DNA of 64,000 nt, taken from Candidatus Iainarchaeum sp. (lineage in GTDB: Archaea > B1Sed10-29 > WALL01 > JAGHAM01). The notes beneath the pieces are model-generated. The model was not told the DNA's origin, did no database searches, and saw only the letters and a list, made by a program, of their open reading frames with translations. This document shows positions 43,661-52,057 of this stretch, in pieces. Position numbers and translations under genes: made by a program. The stretch covers positions 13,512-77,511 of the forward strand of contig JAGHAM010000036.1 in NCBI GenBank assembly GCA_021161465.1. Direction: 5' to 3'. Positions within the stretch are counted from its first letter, which is position 1. The number at the start of each line of letters is the position of its first letter.

Positions 43661-45150
43661 AATGAGGCAATTTTGTTCAGGAAACTATCCTTGTCGGTGT
43701 AAAACTCGTTGGACATCCTCATGATGTCCTCATAGGACACTTTCTGTTTTTTCATCCATTCAAGTATGCCTTCTCTAAGCTTAAGCTCTTCTGTAACCTC
43801 GTTTTTAGTCATACCACAGGTAAATGCTAGTTTCTCAATGGTTTGCGATGGTAGCTGTGTCCTTGAGATGGAGTCTCTTCCTTTGTCCCATTTGTAGATG
43901 CCGTTCAGCAATATCTGGTCACCCATCCAGCTTACCTCTGAAACCTCAGTTACTCTCCTAACAACCCGTCCACCTTCTCCTTTGAACCTGTGTTGTATCA
44001 CTATGAGGTCAAGGAGGGATAGCAGCTGTTTGTGCACATTCATTGGAGGGGACTCCAACCGTAGCACTGTTTCCTTGGCATCATTTGCATGCAATGTTCC
44101 CATCGAGCCAGAGATACCAACATCCATGGCAGTGAAGAGTGAAGTGGCTTCCTCACCGCGCACTTCCCCAACTAGTATCCTATCCGGCCTCATCCTCAAC
44201 GATGCTTTGACAAGGTCGTTCATGGTTATAGTGGTCTTACTTTTGTAGTCATACGTTGCCTCTAGCTGAACCCAGTTATCCCTTGAGCCTAAATTAAGCT
44301 CGAGAGTGTCTTCTATGGTTAGGACTCTGTTGTCATAAGGTATGAAACCAGATATAGCATTTAGGGTTGTTGTTTTTCCACTACCTGCCCCACCACTTAT
44401 GATTAGGTTCATTGGGCTTACCTTCATGCCTTCCACAGCAAGCCACAGGAAGGCAGCAAGCTCGGTTGATACAGTTCCAAAGTTGATTAAGTCAACTATG
44501 GAGAACGGGCGGAATGTGAATTTCCTTATGGTTAAGCTTGGGCTCACGGATGCCGGAGGAATAGCTATGTTAACCCTGGAGCCATCAGGAAGTCGGGTGT
44601 CTATCAGGGGGCTTGATCTACTCAACTCTTTTCCGCTGGAGCTTGAGATCCGGCTTAATAGCACTAAGAGTTTCTCCTGCGAGTGGAAAACAAGATTGGT
44701 CTTGCATGGGCCCTCTTTTCTGTGTACAACCCATACTGGTCTGTCAATACCATTTACAATAATTTCTTCTAGGTGCTGGTCGTGCAGGAGAGGAGTTAAT
44801 TTTCCAACACCACAGAGCATGTTTGTTACTTCCTCAACTAGGTTGTCCTTGTTTTTCGACTTTGGTAGGTATTTATTGACGAATTTGCTGACAATCTCTT
44901 TTTTCCCTTCTAGCTCGGAGGAATCAAACAGGACATCATGTATTTTCAGCTTGTTAAGCAGCTGATTTTCAATGGAATGCAGCCAAGCTCCAGCTTTTTT
45001 GTTTGATAAAAATATCTGTTCTATTTCCTCAACTGAGAATTCCTTCAGTGCCAACTTTGAAACCACATCTAAAAAGAGCTGCTCTTCGTCCGTAAATTCA
45101 GGCCTTTTAAGCAGATAATACTTCTGACCTTTTTTCTCAACTATACGCAT
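43657..45150 (-). CDS. Type II/IV secretion (CpaF/VirB11-like, pilus assembly) ATPase
   Basis: LPDGSR, TIRKF, GGAGSGKTT, IEDTLEL, LRMRPDRILVGEVRG, TLHA. Confidence 0.93.
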   Translation of the reverse strand: MRIVEKKGQKYYLLKRPEFTDEEQLFLDVVSKLALKEFSVEEIEQIFLSNKKAGAWLHSIENQLLNKLKIHDVLFDSSELEGKKEIVSKFVNKYLPKSKNKDNLVEEVTNMLCGVGKLTPLLHDQHLEEIIVNGIDRPVWVVHRKEGPCKTNLVFHSQEKLLVLLSRISSSSGKELSRSSPLIDTRLPDGSRVNIAIPPASVSPSLTIRKFTFRPFSIVDLINFGTVSTELAAFLWLAVEGMKVSPMNLIISGGAGSGKTTTLNAISGFIPYDNRVLTIEDTLELNLGSRDNWVQLEATYDYKSKTTITMNDLVKASLRMRPDRILVGEVRGEEATSLFTAMDVGISGSMGTLHANDAKETVLRLESPPMNVHKQLLSLLDLIVIQHRFKGEGGRVVRRVTEVSEVSWMGDQILLNGIYKWDKGRDSISRTQLPSQTIEKLAFTCGMTKNEVTEELKLREGILEWMKKQKVSYEDIMRMSNEFYTDKDSFLNKIASF

Positions 45151-45196
45151 AAATAGTAGTTCTCAGTAACTAAATAAAAGCTTAAGGGTTTGCTGG

Positions 45197-46441
45197 ATGC
45201 GTGACGATATTCTTAGAAAACTGGTACCAACTCCTAAGGAGAGGGAATTTGAGCTAGGATTGGCCAATGAGATAATCGACGAAGTGCGTGAGCATGGGCG
45301 CGATGCCATACTTGTTGGGAGCATAGCTAAGGACACATGTCTGAGGGGGGATAGGGATGTGGATATCTTTGTCTTATTCCCAAAAAACGTTCCTAGGGAG
45401 CAGCTTGAAAGGGAAGGCCTCAGCATAGGAAAGCAGGTGTGTAAGGCTTTTGGTGTGAAGCCAGAACTGAAATACGCGGAGCATCCGTATATAAGAACAG
45501 AAATAAAAGGCTGTGATATTGATATAGTGCCTTGCTATAAAATAAAGCCAGGCGACAGGATAATTTCAGCGGTGGATAGGTCGCCATTGCATACTGAATA
45601 CGTCAAGGCAAGAATTGGTGACAAAACCAAAGATGTGCGGCTGTTGAAGTACTTCTGCAAGCAGATAGGGGTTTATGGTGCCAATGTCCGGGTCAAAGGA
45701 TTTAGCGGATACCTGTGCGAGTTGCTGGTGCTTAACTATGGCTCTTTTGAGAAAACCCTGCGTGCAGCATCTAGCTGGCACTACGGTGAAAAAATAGACC
45801 TTGAGAACCATGGAGAGTTGGAGTTTGATAGTCCTTTGGTTGTTATTGACCCTGTGGATTCCCAGAGGAACGTGGCTGCTGCGTTAAGTGAGGAGAACCA
45901 CAGCTGGTTCATAGCAGCTGCGCGCTACTACTTAAAGTCCGGCGAAATACCAAAGAAAGTGAGGATAGGCACTCCAAGGGGAAAGCTGCTTCTGGTGGAC
46001 TGGCGGATAAAGGAGAACATAGAGGAGATAGTCTGGTCACAGCTTGAGAAATTTAAGGAGCACGTTGTGAAGCATCTCAAACTGAATGGCTTTAGCGTAA
46101 TAGACAGTTTCATCTGGACTGACTCTAAAGCCAGCGCGCAGATGCTTTTGGAGCTGGAGGTGTGGCAGTTACCAGAGATAGAAATGCATTATGGCCCAGC
46201 TGTCTATGACAGGGAGCGCTCTGATAGTTTCATAGCGAAGTACAAGAAAGTTATGGTGAAAGGCAACCAGCTTGTGTCCGAGAAGAAGCGCGATTTCCAT
46301 AGCGCTAGAGACCTTTTAACCAAACTTCTGAAGAAGCCCCCCGCGCACCTTGGGAAGAACTGGAAGATAGTGGAGGGCGCATCCGTGAAGCGCGCAAAGG
46401 TCTTCAAAGAATACGAGAAGAAGCTATGGAAGCTTGCGTGA
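45197..46441 (+). CDS. cca: CCA tRNA nucleotidyltransferase (class I)
   Basis: GSIAKDT.L.GDRDVDIF, YAEHPY, SAVDRSP.H, GFSGYLCELL, IDPVD..RNVAAA. Confidence 0.96.
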   Translation: MRDDILRKLVPTPKEREFELGLANEIIDEVREHGRDAILVGSIAKDTCLRGDRDVDIFVLFPKNVPREQLEREGLSIGKQVCKAFGVKPELKYAEHPYIRTEIKGCDIDIVPCYKIKPGDRIISAVDRSPLHTEYVKARIGDKTKDVRLLKYFCKQIGVYGANVRVKGFSGYLCELLVLNYGSFEKTLRAASSWHYGEKIDLENHGELEFDSPLVVIDPVDSQRNVAAALSEENHSWFIAAARYYLKSGEIPKKVRIGTPRGKLLLVDWRIKENIEEIVWSQLEKFKEHVVKHLKLNGFSVIDSFIWTDSKASAQMLLELEVWQLPEIEMHYGPAVYDRERSDSFIAKYKKVMVKGNQLVSEKKRDFHSARDLLTKLLKKPPAHLGKNWKIVEGASVKRAKVFKEYEKKLWKLA

Positions 46442-46448
46442 TGTGTTT

Positions 46449-47225
46449 TTATGGATAGTGGGAGTACACACCTTTAGCCAATATACCTTCCCTTTTGATT
46501 ATCTCTTCTATACTTGCAACCTGCTCCTCCATCCCATTTTGACTCGATAGTATCTCAAGACTCTCAGGGCTTATCTCTTTTAGCCATCTCTTGAACTTAC
46601 CGCCACTGGCTCGTAGGTTCAGAAATTCAAACCAATAGTAATCTACAAAACCCTTAGTCTTTTCAACGATTTCCTCGATATGGCTTAACCCCGGTATGAT
46701 TGGGGAGATAAAAGCGTAATTTTGGATTCCTTCTTCATGCAAACTCCTTAATGTGTTTACTCTTTTTTCAATTGGCGGAGAAAGAGGCTCAATTTCTTTC
46801 TTGACTTCTTTATCAAATCCGTTCACAGTTAGTCCAACACTGATATCTTTGAATTCTTTGATTAGCTGAATGTCTCTTAGAACTAAATCTGATTTTGTTA
46901 GGATAGAAAGTTCAGTTCCTTTGTCCATAACCTCTAAAATCCTTCTTGTTAGCTCTAGTTTCTTTTCTATTGGTTGATAGGCATCGCTAATGCTGCTCAT
47001 GTAAACTTGGCCTTCAACTTTTTTTCCTTCAGCCAGTTCTGGTATATTCTCTCTGGCAACAACCCATGACCCCCACTCACCATAATCGTACCATCTACAC
47101 ATGAATTTTGCATAGCAGTATTTACAAGCATGTTGGCACCCTATGTACTGGTTTATAACCCATCTAGCCCCAGGAATCTTTGTTCTGTTGAACGCTCTCT
47201 TTGCCTTTTTTATTATTAGCTTCAT
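46449..47225 (-). CDS. Radical SAM protein, spore photoproduct lyase (SPL)-like family
   Basis: NQYIGCQHACKYCYA, SSISDAYQPIE, LTKS, SPIIPG. Confidence 0.88.
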   Translation of the reverse strand: MKLIIKKAKRAFNRTKIPGARWVINQYIGCQHACKYCYAKFMCRWYDYGEWGSWVVARENIPELAEGKKVEGQVYMSSISDAYQPIEKKLELTRRILEVMDKGTELSILTKSDLVLRDIQLIKEFKDISVGLTVNGFDKEVKKEIEPLSPPIEKRVNTLRSLHEEGIQNYAFISPIIPGLSHIEEIVEKTKGFVDYYWFEFLNLRASGGKFKRWLKEISPESLEILSSQNGMEEQVASIEEIIKREGILAKGVYSHYP

Positions 47226-47287
47226 ATGCAAAATTTTGTGACGTAGCCTTTTTATACCGATGTTTCTAAATTCTATTTGTGAGTGAG

Positions 47288-48562
47288 ATGGCATTCAAGC
47301 ACATAGCAGAAATTCCAGGATACGTTGGCAAGGAGGTCGCGCTTAGGGGATGGGTCCATCGTCATCGCGCTACCAAGAACAATGTCTTCATAGTCCTTCG
47401 TGATTCGACAGGAGTTGTCCAGTGTGTGGTTAAAAAGGATGCTAAGTTCTTTGAAGATGCCGAGCGCGTGGGTATAGAAACTAGTATAGCTGTGAAGGGA
47501 ACTGTGAAGAAAGATGAGCGCGCCCCTGGTGGGCACGAGCTTACGCTTAACAGCTTTAAGGTGGTTGGGCCGTCAGAGGAATTCCCAATCACAAAAGACC
47601 AGAGCACGGAGTTCTTGCTGGATGTCAGGCATCTCTGGCTTCGCTCACAAAGGATGACACAGATGATGAAAGCCAGGGCATACCTGCTTGGTTATTTCAG
47701 GGACTGGTTCAAGGAGAACGGCTTCTGGGAGGTAAGCCCGCCGATACTAACAGTAACTGGCTGTGAGGGGGGCTCTACATTATTCTCCATAGACTATTTT
47801 GGTAGAAAAGCCTATCTGTCGCAAAGCGCGCAACTGTACCTGGAGGCGATTTCCTATTCACTTGAACGAGTTTACTCCCTCACACCCTCGTTCAGGGCTG
47901 AGAAGTCGCGCACTACAAGGCATCTGATTGAATATTGGCACCTAGAGGCAGAGGAGGCGTTTGTCGATAACGAGGGAAACATGAAGATAGAGGAAGAGTT
48001 AATTTCATATGCTTGCCAGAAGCTAGCCAAGGAGCACCCGCAGATTCTAAAGTTTTTTGGTAGGGAGCCGAAAGAAATGCTAGCTGTGAAACCGCCTTTT
48101 GAAAGACTTAGCTACGACGAAATGCTCGAGGAGCTTAAGCATAAGGGCATTGACCTGCCATGGGGAGAGGACCCCGGTGCAAAAGAGGAAAAAGCGTTAA
48201 CCATGGACAGGAAGAAACCCCTTTTTGTCTACAACTATCCACGTGGTGCTAAGGCCTTCTATATGAAAAAGGCTGATGAGAAGCATGTGGCATGCGCGGA
48301 CTTGCTTGCCCCAGAAGGTCACGGCGAGATAATTGGCGGCAGTGAGCGCATATGGGATTTGAAAGAACTGCTTCAGTCCATAAAGGAGTTTGGTTTGAAT
48401 CCAAAGGACTATGAGTGGTACGTAGACCTAAGACGGTATGGCTCTGTCCCGCACTCTGGCTTCGGGCTTGGTGTCGAAAGAACTCTAAAATGGATACTCA
48501 AGCTGGAGCACATACGTGATGCAGTGCCGTTCCCAAGGACCATAAACAGGGTTTATCCGTGA
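47288..48562 (+). CDS. asnS: Asparagine--tRNA ligase
   Basis: RHLWLRS, QSAQLYLE, FRAEKSRT.RHL.EYW, GEIIGGS, RRYGSVPHSGFGLG. Confidence 0.93.
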   Translation: MAFKHIAEIPGYVGKEVALRGWVHRHRATKNNVFIVLRDSTGVVQCVVKKDAKFFEDAERVGIETSIAVKGTVKKDERAPGGHELTLNSFKVVGPSEEFPITKDQSTEFLLDVRHLWLRSQRMTQMMKARAYLLGYFRDWFKENGFWEVSPPILTVTGCEGGSTLFSIDYFGRKAYLSQSAQLYLEAISYSLERVYSLTPSFRAEKSRTTRHLIEYWHLEAEEAFVDNEGNMKIEEELISYACQKLAKEHPQILKFFGREPKEMLAVKPPFERLSYDEMLEELKHKGIDLPWGEDPGAKEEKALTMDRKKPLFVYNYPRGAKAFYMKKADEKHVACADLLAPEGHGEIIGGSERIWDLKELLQSIKEFGLNPKDYEWYVDLRRYGSVPHSGFGLGVERTLKWILKLEHIRDAVPFPRTINRVYP

Positions 48563-48566
48563 GACA

Positions 48567-48791
48567 ATGCAGCTTTCTCATATCATAGGAAAATTGGTTT
48601 TCAAGAAAGAGGAAGGTTTTGTTGAGCTAACGTATAGGGGCGCGCCTGGTAACATAAAGAAGATAGCGCTGGCGCGCATAACCAGGGTCGCTCACGGATA
48701 TTTTTATCTGGACAGTGGTTCTGCAATACCTTTGCACAGGATAGTGAGAGTTAGCAGTGAGGGGAAAGTGCTTTGGGAGAAATCCCCCTAG
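48567..48791 (+). CDS. DUF504/MJ1316-like small domain protein
   Basis: YRGAPG, IPLHRIVR, VLWEK. Confidence 0.8.
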   Translation: MQLSHIIGKLVFKKEEGFVELTYRGAPGNIKKIALARITRVAHGYFYLDSGSAIPLHRIVRVSSEGKVLWEKSP

Positions 48792-49675
48792 TCTTCTAGA
48801 AGCTTCTTTATCTCCTGTATCTGGTAAAGTGCGTCCTGCATAGATTCCTTTTCTTCTGGGGTGCTGGCGTTATTAACACCCGACTTCAGGACCTGTTCAT
48901 GTTTTTCTATCCCCATTTTTTGTGGAGCTTCCTCAGCCGACTTAAGCTTCTCCAGAGCTTCAAGTGATTTCTCCAGTTCTTCTATCGGCTCCACTTCTTT
49001 AGCTCTTGGCTTTGCCCCTGGTGGTGCTGGTGGGGTCTTTGGCAAGCTTATGAACTCCCTTGACCTGCTTTCTATCTTCTGCACGTCAACACCTCTTGCT
49101 TCCAAGACTTCTTTGCGTATGTTTTTTATAAGTGATTTGGTGCCGTTTTGCACCTCTCCTAATTTACCCTCACCAACCCGTTGATGGGAAACACCATGCC
49201 AGTCCTTCACAAATAGATTTAATTTGTATTTTCCTTTCGCGATTTCATAGGACTCCTCAATAGTATATTTATCGCTTTTTCCCCTCATGTAAAACCCATA
49301 CCAACCAGAGGGAGCATCACTTTTCTGGCCATGTTTGTGGAGCACCCCGCTGAAGAGGAGTATTGGGGGCTTGAAATTGATTGATATCTCGGATTCCTTC
49401 AAATCAAACTCTTTATAGGTGCGTTTTAGTGCGCCCATAACTCTAAAAACAACGTTCAGGTAACCATAGAATCTTAGGAAAGCAATTGCTGCACACATTA
49501 ATGAAACCGTTGGAACAACTACGAGCACAACAGGAAACGCTACAATTTGGAGAGTTATCAAGGTTATATTGAATACGGCGGCGAGTAAGAAGAACAACGT
49601 TAAGAGGTCGCTTATTATGATGTTTACTAGTAAGGTTTCAAACTTTGATGGACTAACCTTTAGGGTAATCTGCAT
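48788..49675 (-). CDS. Hypothetical membrane protein (two N-terminal TMs, charged C-terminus)
   Basis: 295-aa ORF with hydrophobic N-terminus. Confidence 0.7.
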   Translation of the reverse strand: MQITLKVSPSKFETLLVNIIISDLLTLFFLLAAVFNITLITLQIVAFPVVLVVVPTVSLMCAAIAFLRFYGYLNVVFRVMGALKRTYKEFDLKESEISINFKPPILLFSGVLHKHGQKSDAPSGWYGFYMRGKSDKYTIEESYEIAKGKYKLNLFVKDWHGVSHQRVGEGKLGEVQNGTKSLIKNIRKEVLEARGVDVQKIESRSREFISLPKTPPAPPGAKPRAKEVEPIEELEKSLEALEKLKSAEEAPQKMGIEKHEQVLKSGVNNASTPEEKESMQDALYQIQEIKKLLED

Positions 49676-49728
49676 ATACGAGAAATAGAAAATATAACTA
49701 TAAAAACCTTTGTAGCCAAAATGAACTC

Positions 49729-50136
49729 ATGAGTGTAGTAATGGCTTTTGGCACTTTCTCCTTGGTACATCCCGGTCACATTTACTACCTTTCCGAGGCC
49801 AAAAAGTTGGCGGATGAATTGATTGTTGTCATTGCGAGGGACTCAACAGTCAAGGAAGTCAAGGGTAAATGTGCTATTCCTGAAAGGCAAAGAGCGAAGG
49901 TAGTTGAGGCACTAAAGCCGGTTGATAAGGTTATACTGGGCTCCAAACAGGATAAATATGAAGTCATAGTGAGCCAAGAGCCCGATATACTTGCTCTTGG
50001 CCCAGACCAGGAGAAAAATATAGACAAATTCAAGTTTGAATTGTCTAAAAGGGGCTTGAACCCGAAGATAGTAAGGATACCTCGCTTGGAGGGTGAACTC
50101 TACAGCACATCAAAAATGTTGAAGTTTCTATGCTAG
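49729..50136 (+). CDS. ribL: FAD synthase (cytidylyltransferase family)
   Basis: GTFSLVHPGH, VIARD, LGPDQ, STS. Confidence 0.85.
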   Translation: MSVVMAFGTFSLVHPGHIYYLSEAKKLADELIVVIARDSTVKEVKGKCAIPERQRAKVVEALKPVDKVILGSKQDKYEVIVSQEPDILALGPDQEKNIDKFKFELSKRGLNPKIVRIPRLEGELYSTSKMLKFLC

Positions 50137-50964
50137 TTATTTCCTAAGCAATGTTAAAATAAAGCTTCCAGGTCCACCGCTTCCCTTCTTCAGCTCACTG
50201 ACACCCACTTTTATCACGTCAACCCCATAGTCCTCCAGTACGTTGTTAAGTTCGTTGCAACTTTCGTCTATTATGACTTTATCTGGTTCCAGAGTTATGA
50301 AATCCGGAGCGAATTCTTGTTTGTCTTTTAGTGAGATTAATTCGAAATTCCTGCCTGAAAGGAAAGTTTTAAAGGCTGCTGGAAGTGATGGCTCGTATGC
50401 CACAGCAAGTGAGTCATCCACAATACCAAAAATAGAATCAAGATGCGTTTCCTCTTTGTGGAATACGGGAAGCATTACCTTGTTGAAGAATTCGCACAGT
50501 TGTTCGAATCCATCCTGGTTGGTTCTATTGTTTAAGCCAACCGCAATCACGTCATCAGTTATCTGGACGAAGTCTCCACCCTCAAAGTAGGAGTTTATTA
50601 TCCTGCCGAATACAGGGATGCCTAGCCTATCTCCCATAGCTTCAAGAAACAACTCTTCCCCCTGACGGTATTCATGGCGGAAGTAAGAGAGCACCAGACC
50701 GTTCACGGAACACACACCAAGGTCTTTTGTGAAATAAAGGTTAGGGGGTGGGACGTCTGGCCCAACTTCAACTAAGTCTACTTTCACTCCTTCTTCTTTC
50801 AAAACATTAATTAGCTTATCCATCTCTTCCGAGGCTTTTTTCCAGTTTGGCCGTGCCCTGAAGCCCCATACGCTTGGGTCTGTGATGAGCTCAAGCTCCT
50901 CCCCAGGTTTGTGCATTAGCACTCTTTTCAGCTTGCCAAAGCACGACTTGGTCCCATATTCCAT
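50137..50964 (-). CDS. Amidinotransferase / arginine deiminase / DDAH-fold protein lacking the catalytic Cys
   Basis: GKLKRVLMHKPG, NLYFTKD, RQGE, EGGD, RTN, HLD, SELKKGSGGPGS. Confidence 0.85.
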   Translation of the reverse strand: MEYGTKSCFGKLKRVLMHKPGEELELITDPSVWGFRARPNWKKASEEMDKLINVLKEEGVKVDLVEVGPDVPPPNLYFTKDLGVCSVNGLVLSYFRHEYRQGEELFLEAMGDRLGIPVFGRIINSYFEGGDFVQITDDVIAVGLNNRTNQDGFEQLCEFFNKVMLPVFHKEETHLDSIFGIVDDSLAVAYEPSLPAAFKTFLSGRNFELISLKDKQEFAPDFITLEPDKVIIDESCNELNNVLEDYGVDVIKVGVSELKKGSGGPGSFILTLLRK

Positions 50965-51088
50965 ATACCTAAGTTATGGTTTTTAAAATATAAAAGATAG
51001 GTTTGCGCACATGCAGAAAACAAAAAGCATCTAAGATATATCAGCATAACTGAGCTGATTCTCTTTAACGGGGAAACGAGGTGAGAAC

Positions 51089-51139
51089 ATGCCTGCTAAG
51101 AAGAAAGCCAAGAAGACAACCAAGAAAAAGAAGAAGTAA
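51089..51139 (+). CDS. 16-aa lysine-rich micropeptide MPAKKKAKKTTKKKKK
   Basis: GAGGTGA SD 4 nt before ATG; clean ORF; T-rich terminator-like tract downstream. Confidence 0.6.
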   Translation: MPAKKKAKKTTKKKKK

Positions 51140-51173
51140 CTCCTAAATTGTAATGCTTATCCGAAAACCGTCT

Positions 51174-51192
51174 ATTTTCATTTTCTTTTTTT
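51174..51192 (+). terminator. Oligo-T archaeal terminator-like tract
   Basis: Several T runs downstream of the micro-ORF. Confidence 0.4.
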
Positions 51193-51208
51193 AATATTGT
51201 GGTAGAAG

Positions 51209-51506
51209 CGCTCCCGCCGGGAATTCCACCTAACGGATTGCGTAGCAATCCTTTGCAGGTTTAGAGGTTCGTTCTCGACCATAGGTCCAGAACGTGTGCA
51301 ACCCTTCTGGTGCACCCTTTGTGCACCCTTTGTGCACCCATCCTTCCTGCGTATCGGGTGGCCTTGTGCCACCCCTGCAGGTTTAGAAAGGGTGCAACCC
51401 TTCTAGTGCAACCAATCTTTTTGAACCCGGGCTCCAAGCTCCGCAAGCTTGTGTTCTTTCCGTGCTTCGCGCTAGCGCGAAGCAATCCAGGCTATACTAC
51501 GGGAGC
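51209..51506 (-). tRNA. tRNA-Arg(GCG) with two non-canonical introns (D-loop ~51458-51485; T-loop 59/60, 51223-51419)
   Basis: Acceptor GCTCCCG/CGGGAGC plus discriminator G; anticodon arm CAAGC-TTGCGGA-GCTTG; T-stem CCGGG/CCCGG; joining exons restores TTCAAAT; TATA-like TTTAATAA about 25 nt upstream. Confidence 0.85.
51254..51413. repeat. Repeat modules inside the tRNA T-loop intron
   Basis: GTGCACCCTTT x2 plus a partial copy (51310-51339); GTGCAACCCTTCT at 51296 and 51392; TGCAGGTTTAGA at 51254 and 51376. Confidence 0.85.
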
Positions 51507-51638
51507 GCGTTGTAATTTATGTTGACAGAATTATTAAAAACCAAAGCATGTTGTAATACAGTTTTTACTCCTTGCAGCGCTATCTTTTTAAAACCCTAAA
51601 CCTAAAATATAGCTCCTTAAATGCGCGAAGGGTTGTAT

Positions 51639-51794
51639 ATGGCACTAAGATGTATTTCATGTAACCGGGAAGTAGCAGACGATTATGTCAGGTTTAAGTG
51701 TCCTTCCTGTAAAAAGGAGATAATTCGATGCCAAGATTGCAGGACGAATGCAATAAGATATAAATGTCCTGAGTGCGGGTTTGAGGGACCATAG
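51639..51794 (+). CDS. Small Zn-finger protein (DUF1610/HVO_2753 family)
   Basis: Manual translation MALRCISC..FKCPSC..RCQDCR..YKCPECGFEGP: four CxxC motifs and FEGP end; upstream of EF-1beta as in other archaea. Confidence 0.92.
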   Translation: MALRCISCNREVADDYVRFKCPSCKKEIIRCQDCRTNAIRYKCPECGFEGP

Positions 51795-51805
51795 GTGATA
51801 GGACC

Positions 51806-52057
51806 ATGGGTGAAGTTATAGTCATGTTTAAGGTTATGCCTTCAGAGGTTGACCAGTACGATACGATGAAACAAAAAGTGCTTGATATCGTAAAGGCAGA
51901 GAAGGTGGAAGAGGACTATGTTGCCTTTGGTTTGAAGGCATTGAAGATAACTGTTGTTATGCCAGATTCAAAAGGAGGAACCGATGAGCTTGAGCAGAAG
52001 CTTACGGCGATTCCAGAGGTTGGGAGTGTCCAGTTAGAGGGTGTTGGAAGGATTTAA
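51806..52057 (+). CDS. ef1b: Translation elongation factor aEF-1beta
   Basis: MGEV...KVMP, VAFGLKAL, GGTDELE. Confidence 0.94.
   Translation: MGEVIVMFKVMPSEVDQYDTMKQKVLDIVKAEKVEEDYVAFGLKALKITVVMPDSKGGTDELEQKLTAIPEVGSVQLEGVGRI

Noticed and set aside
51011-51034. 7-codon ORF MQKTKSI upstream of the Lys-rich peptide
   Set aside because: No SD and short enough to occur by chance.
51209-51222. tRNA 3' fragment as the att site of an integrated element
   Set aside because: The 3' end is not duplicated, no integrase is present, and the junction fits a splice motif.
51296-51413. GTGCACCC repeats as a mini CRISPR array
   Set aside because: Units are 8-13 bp, tandem or irregularly spaced, with no unique 30-40 bp spacers and no cas genes. 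They lie inside the tRNA intron.
51178-51525. ORFs 51178-51372, 51261-51485 and 51310-51525 from the ORF track
   Set aside because: They overlap the tRNA exons and repeats, lack SD motifs and have implausible composition.
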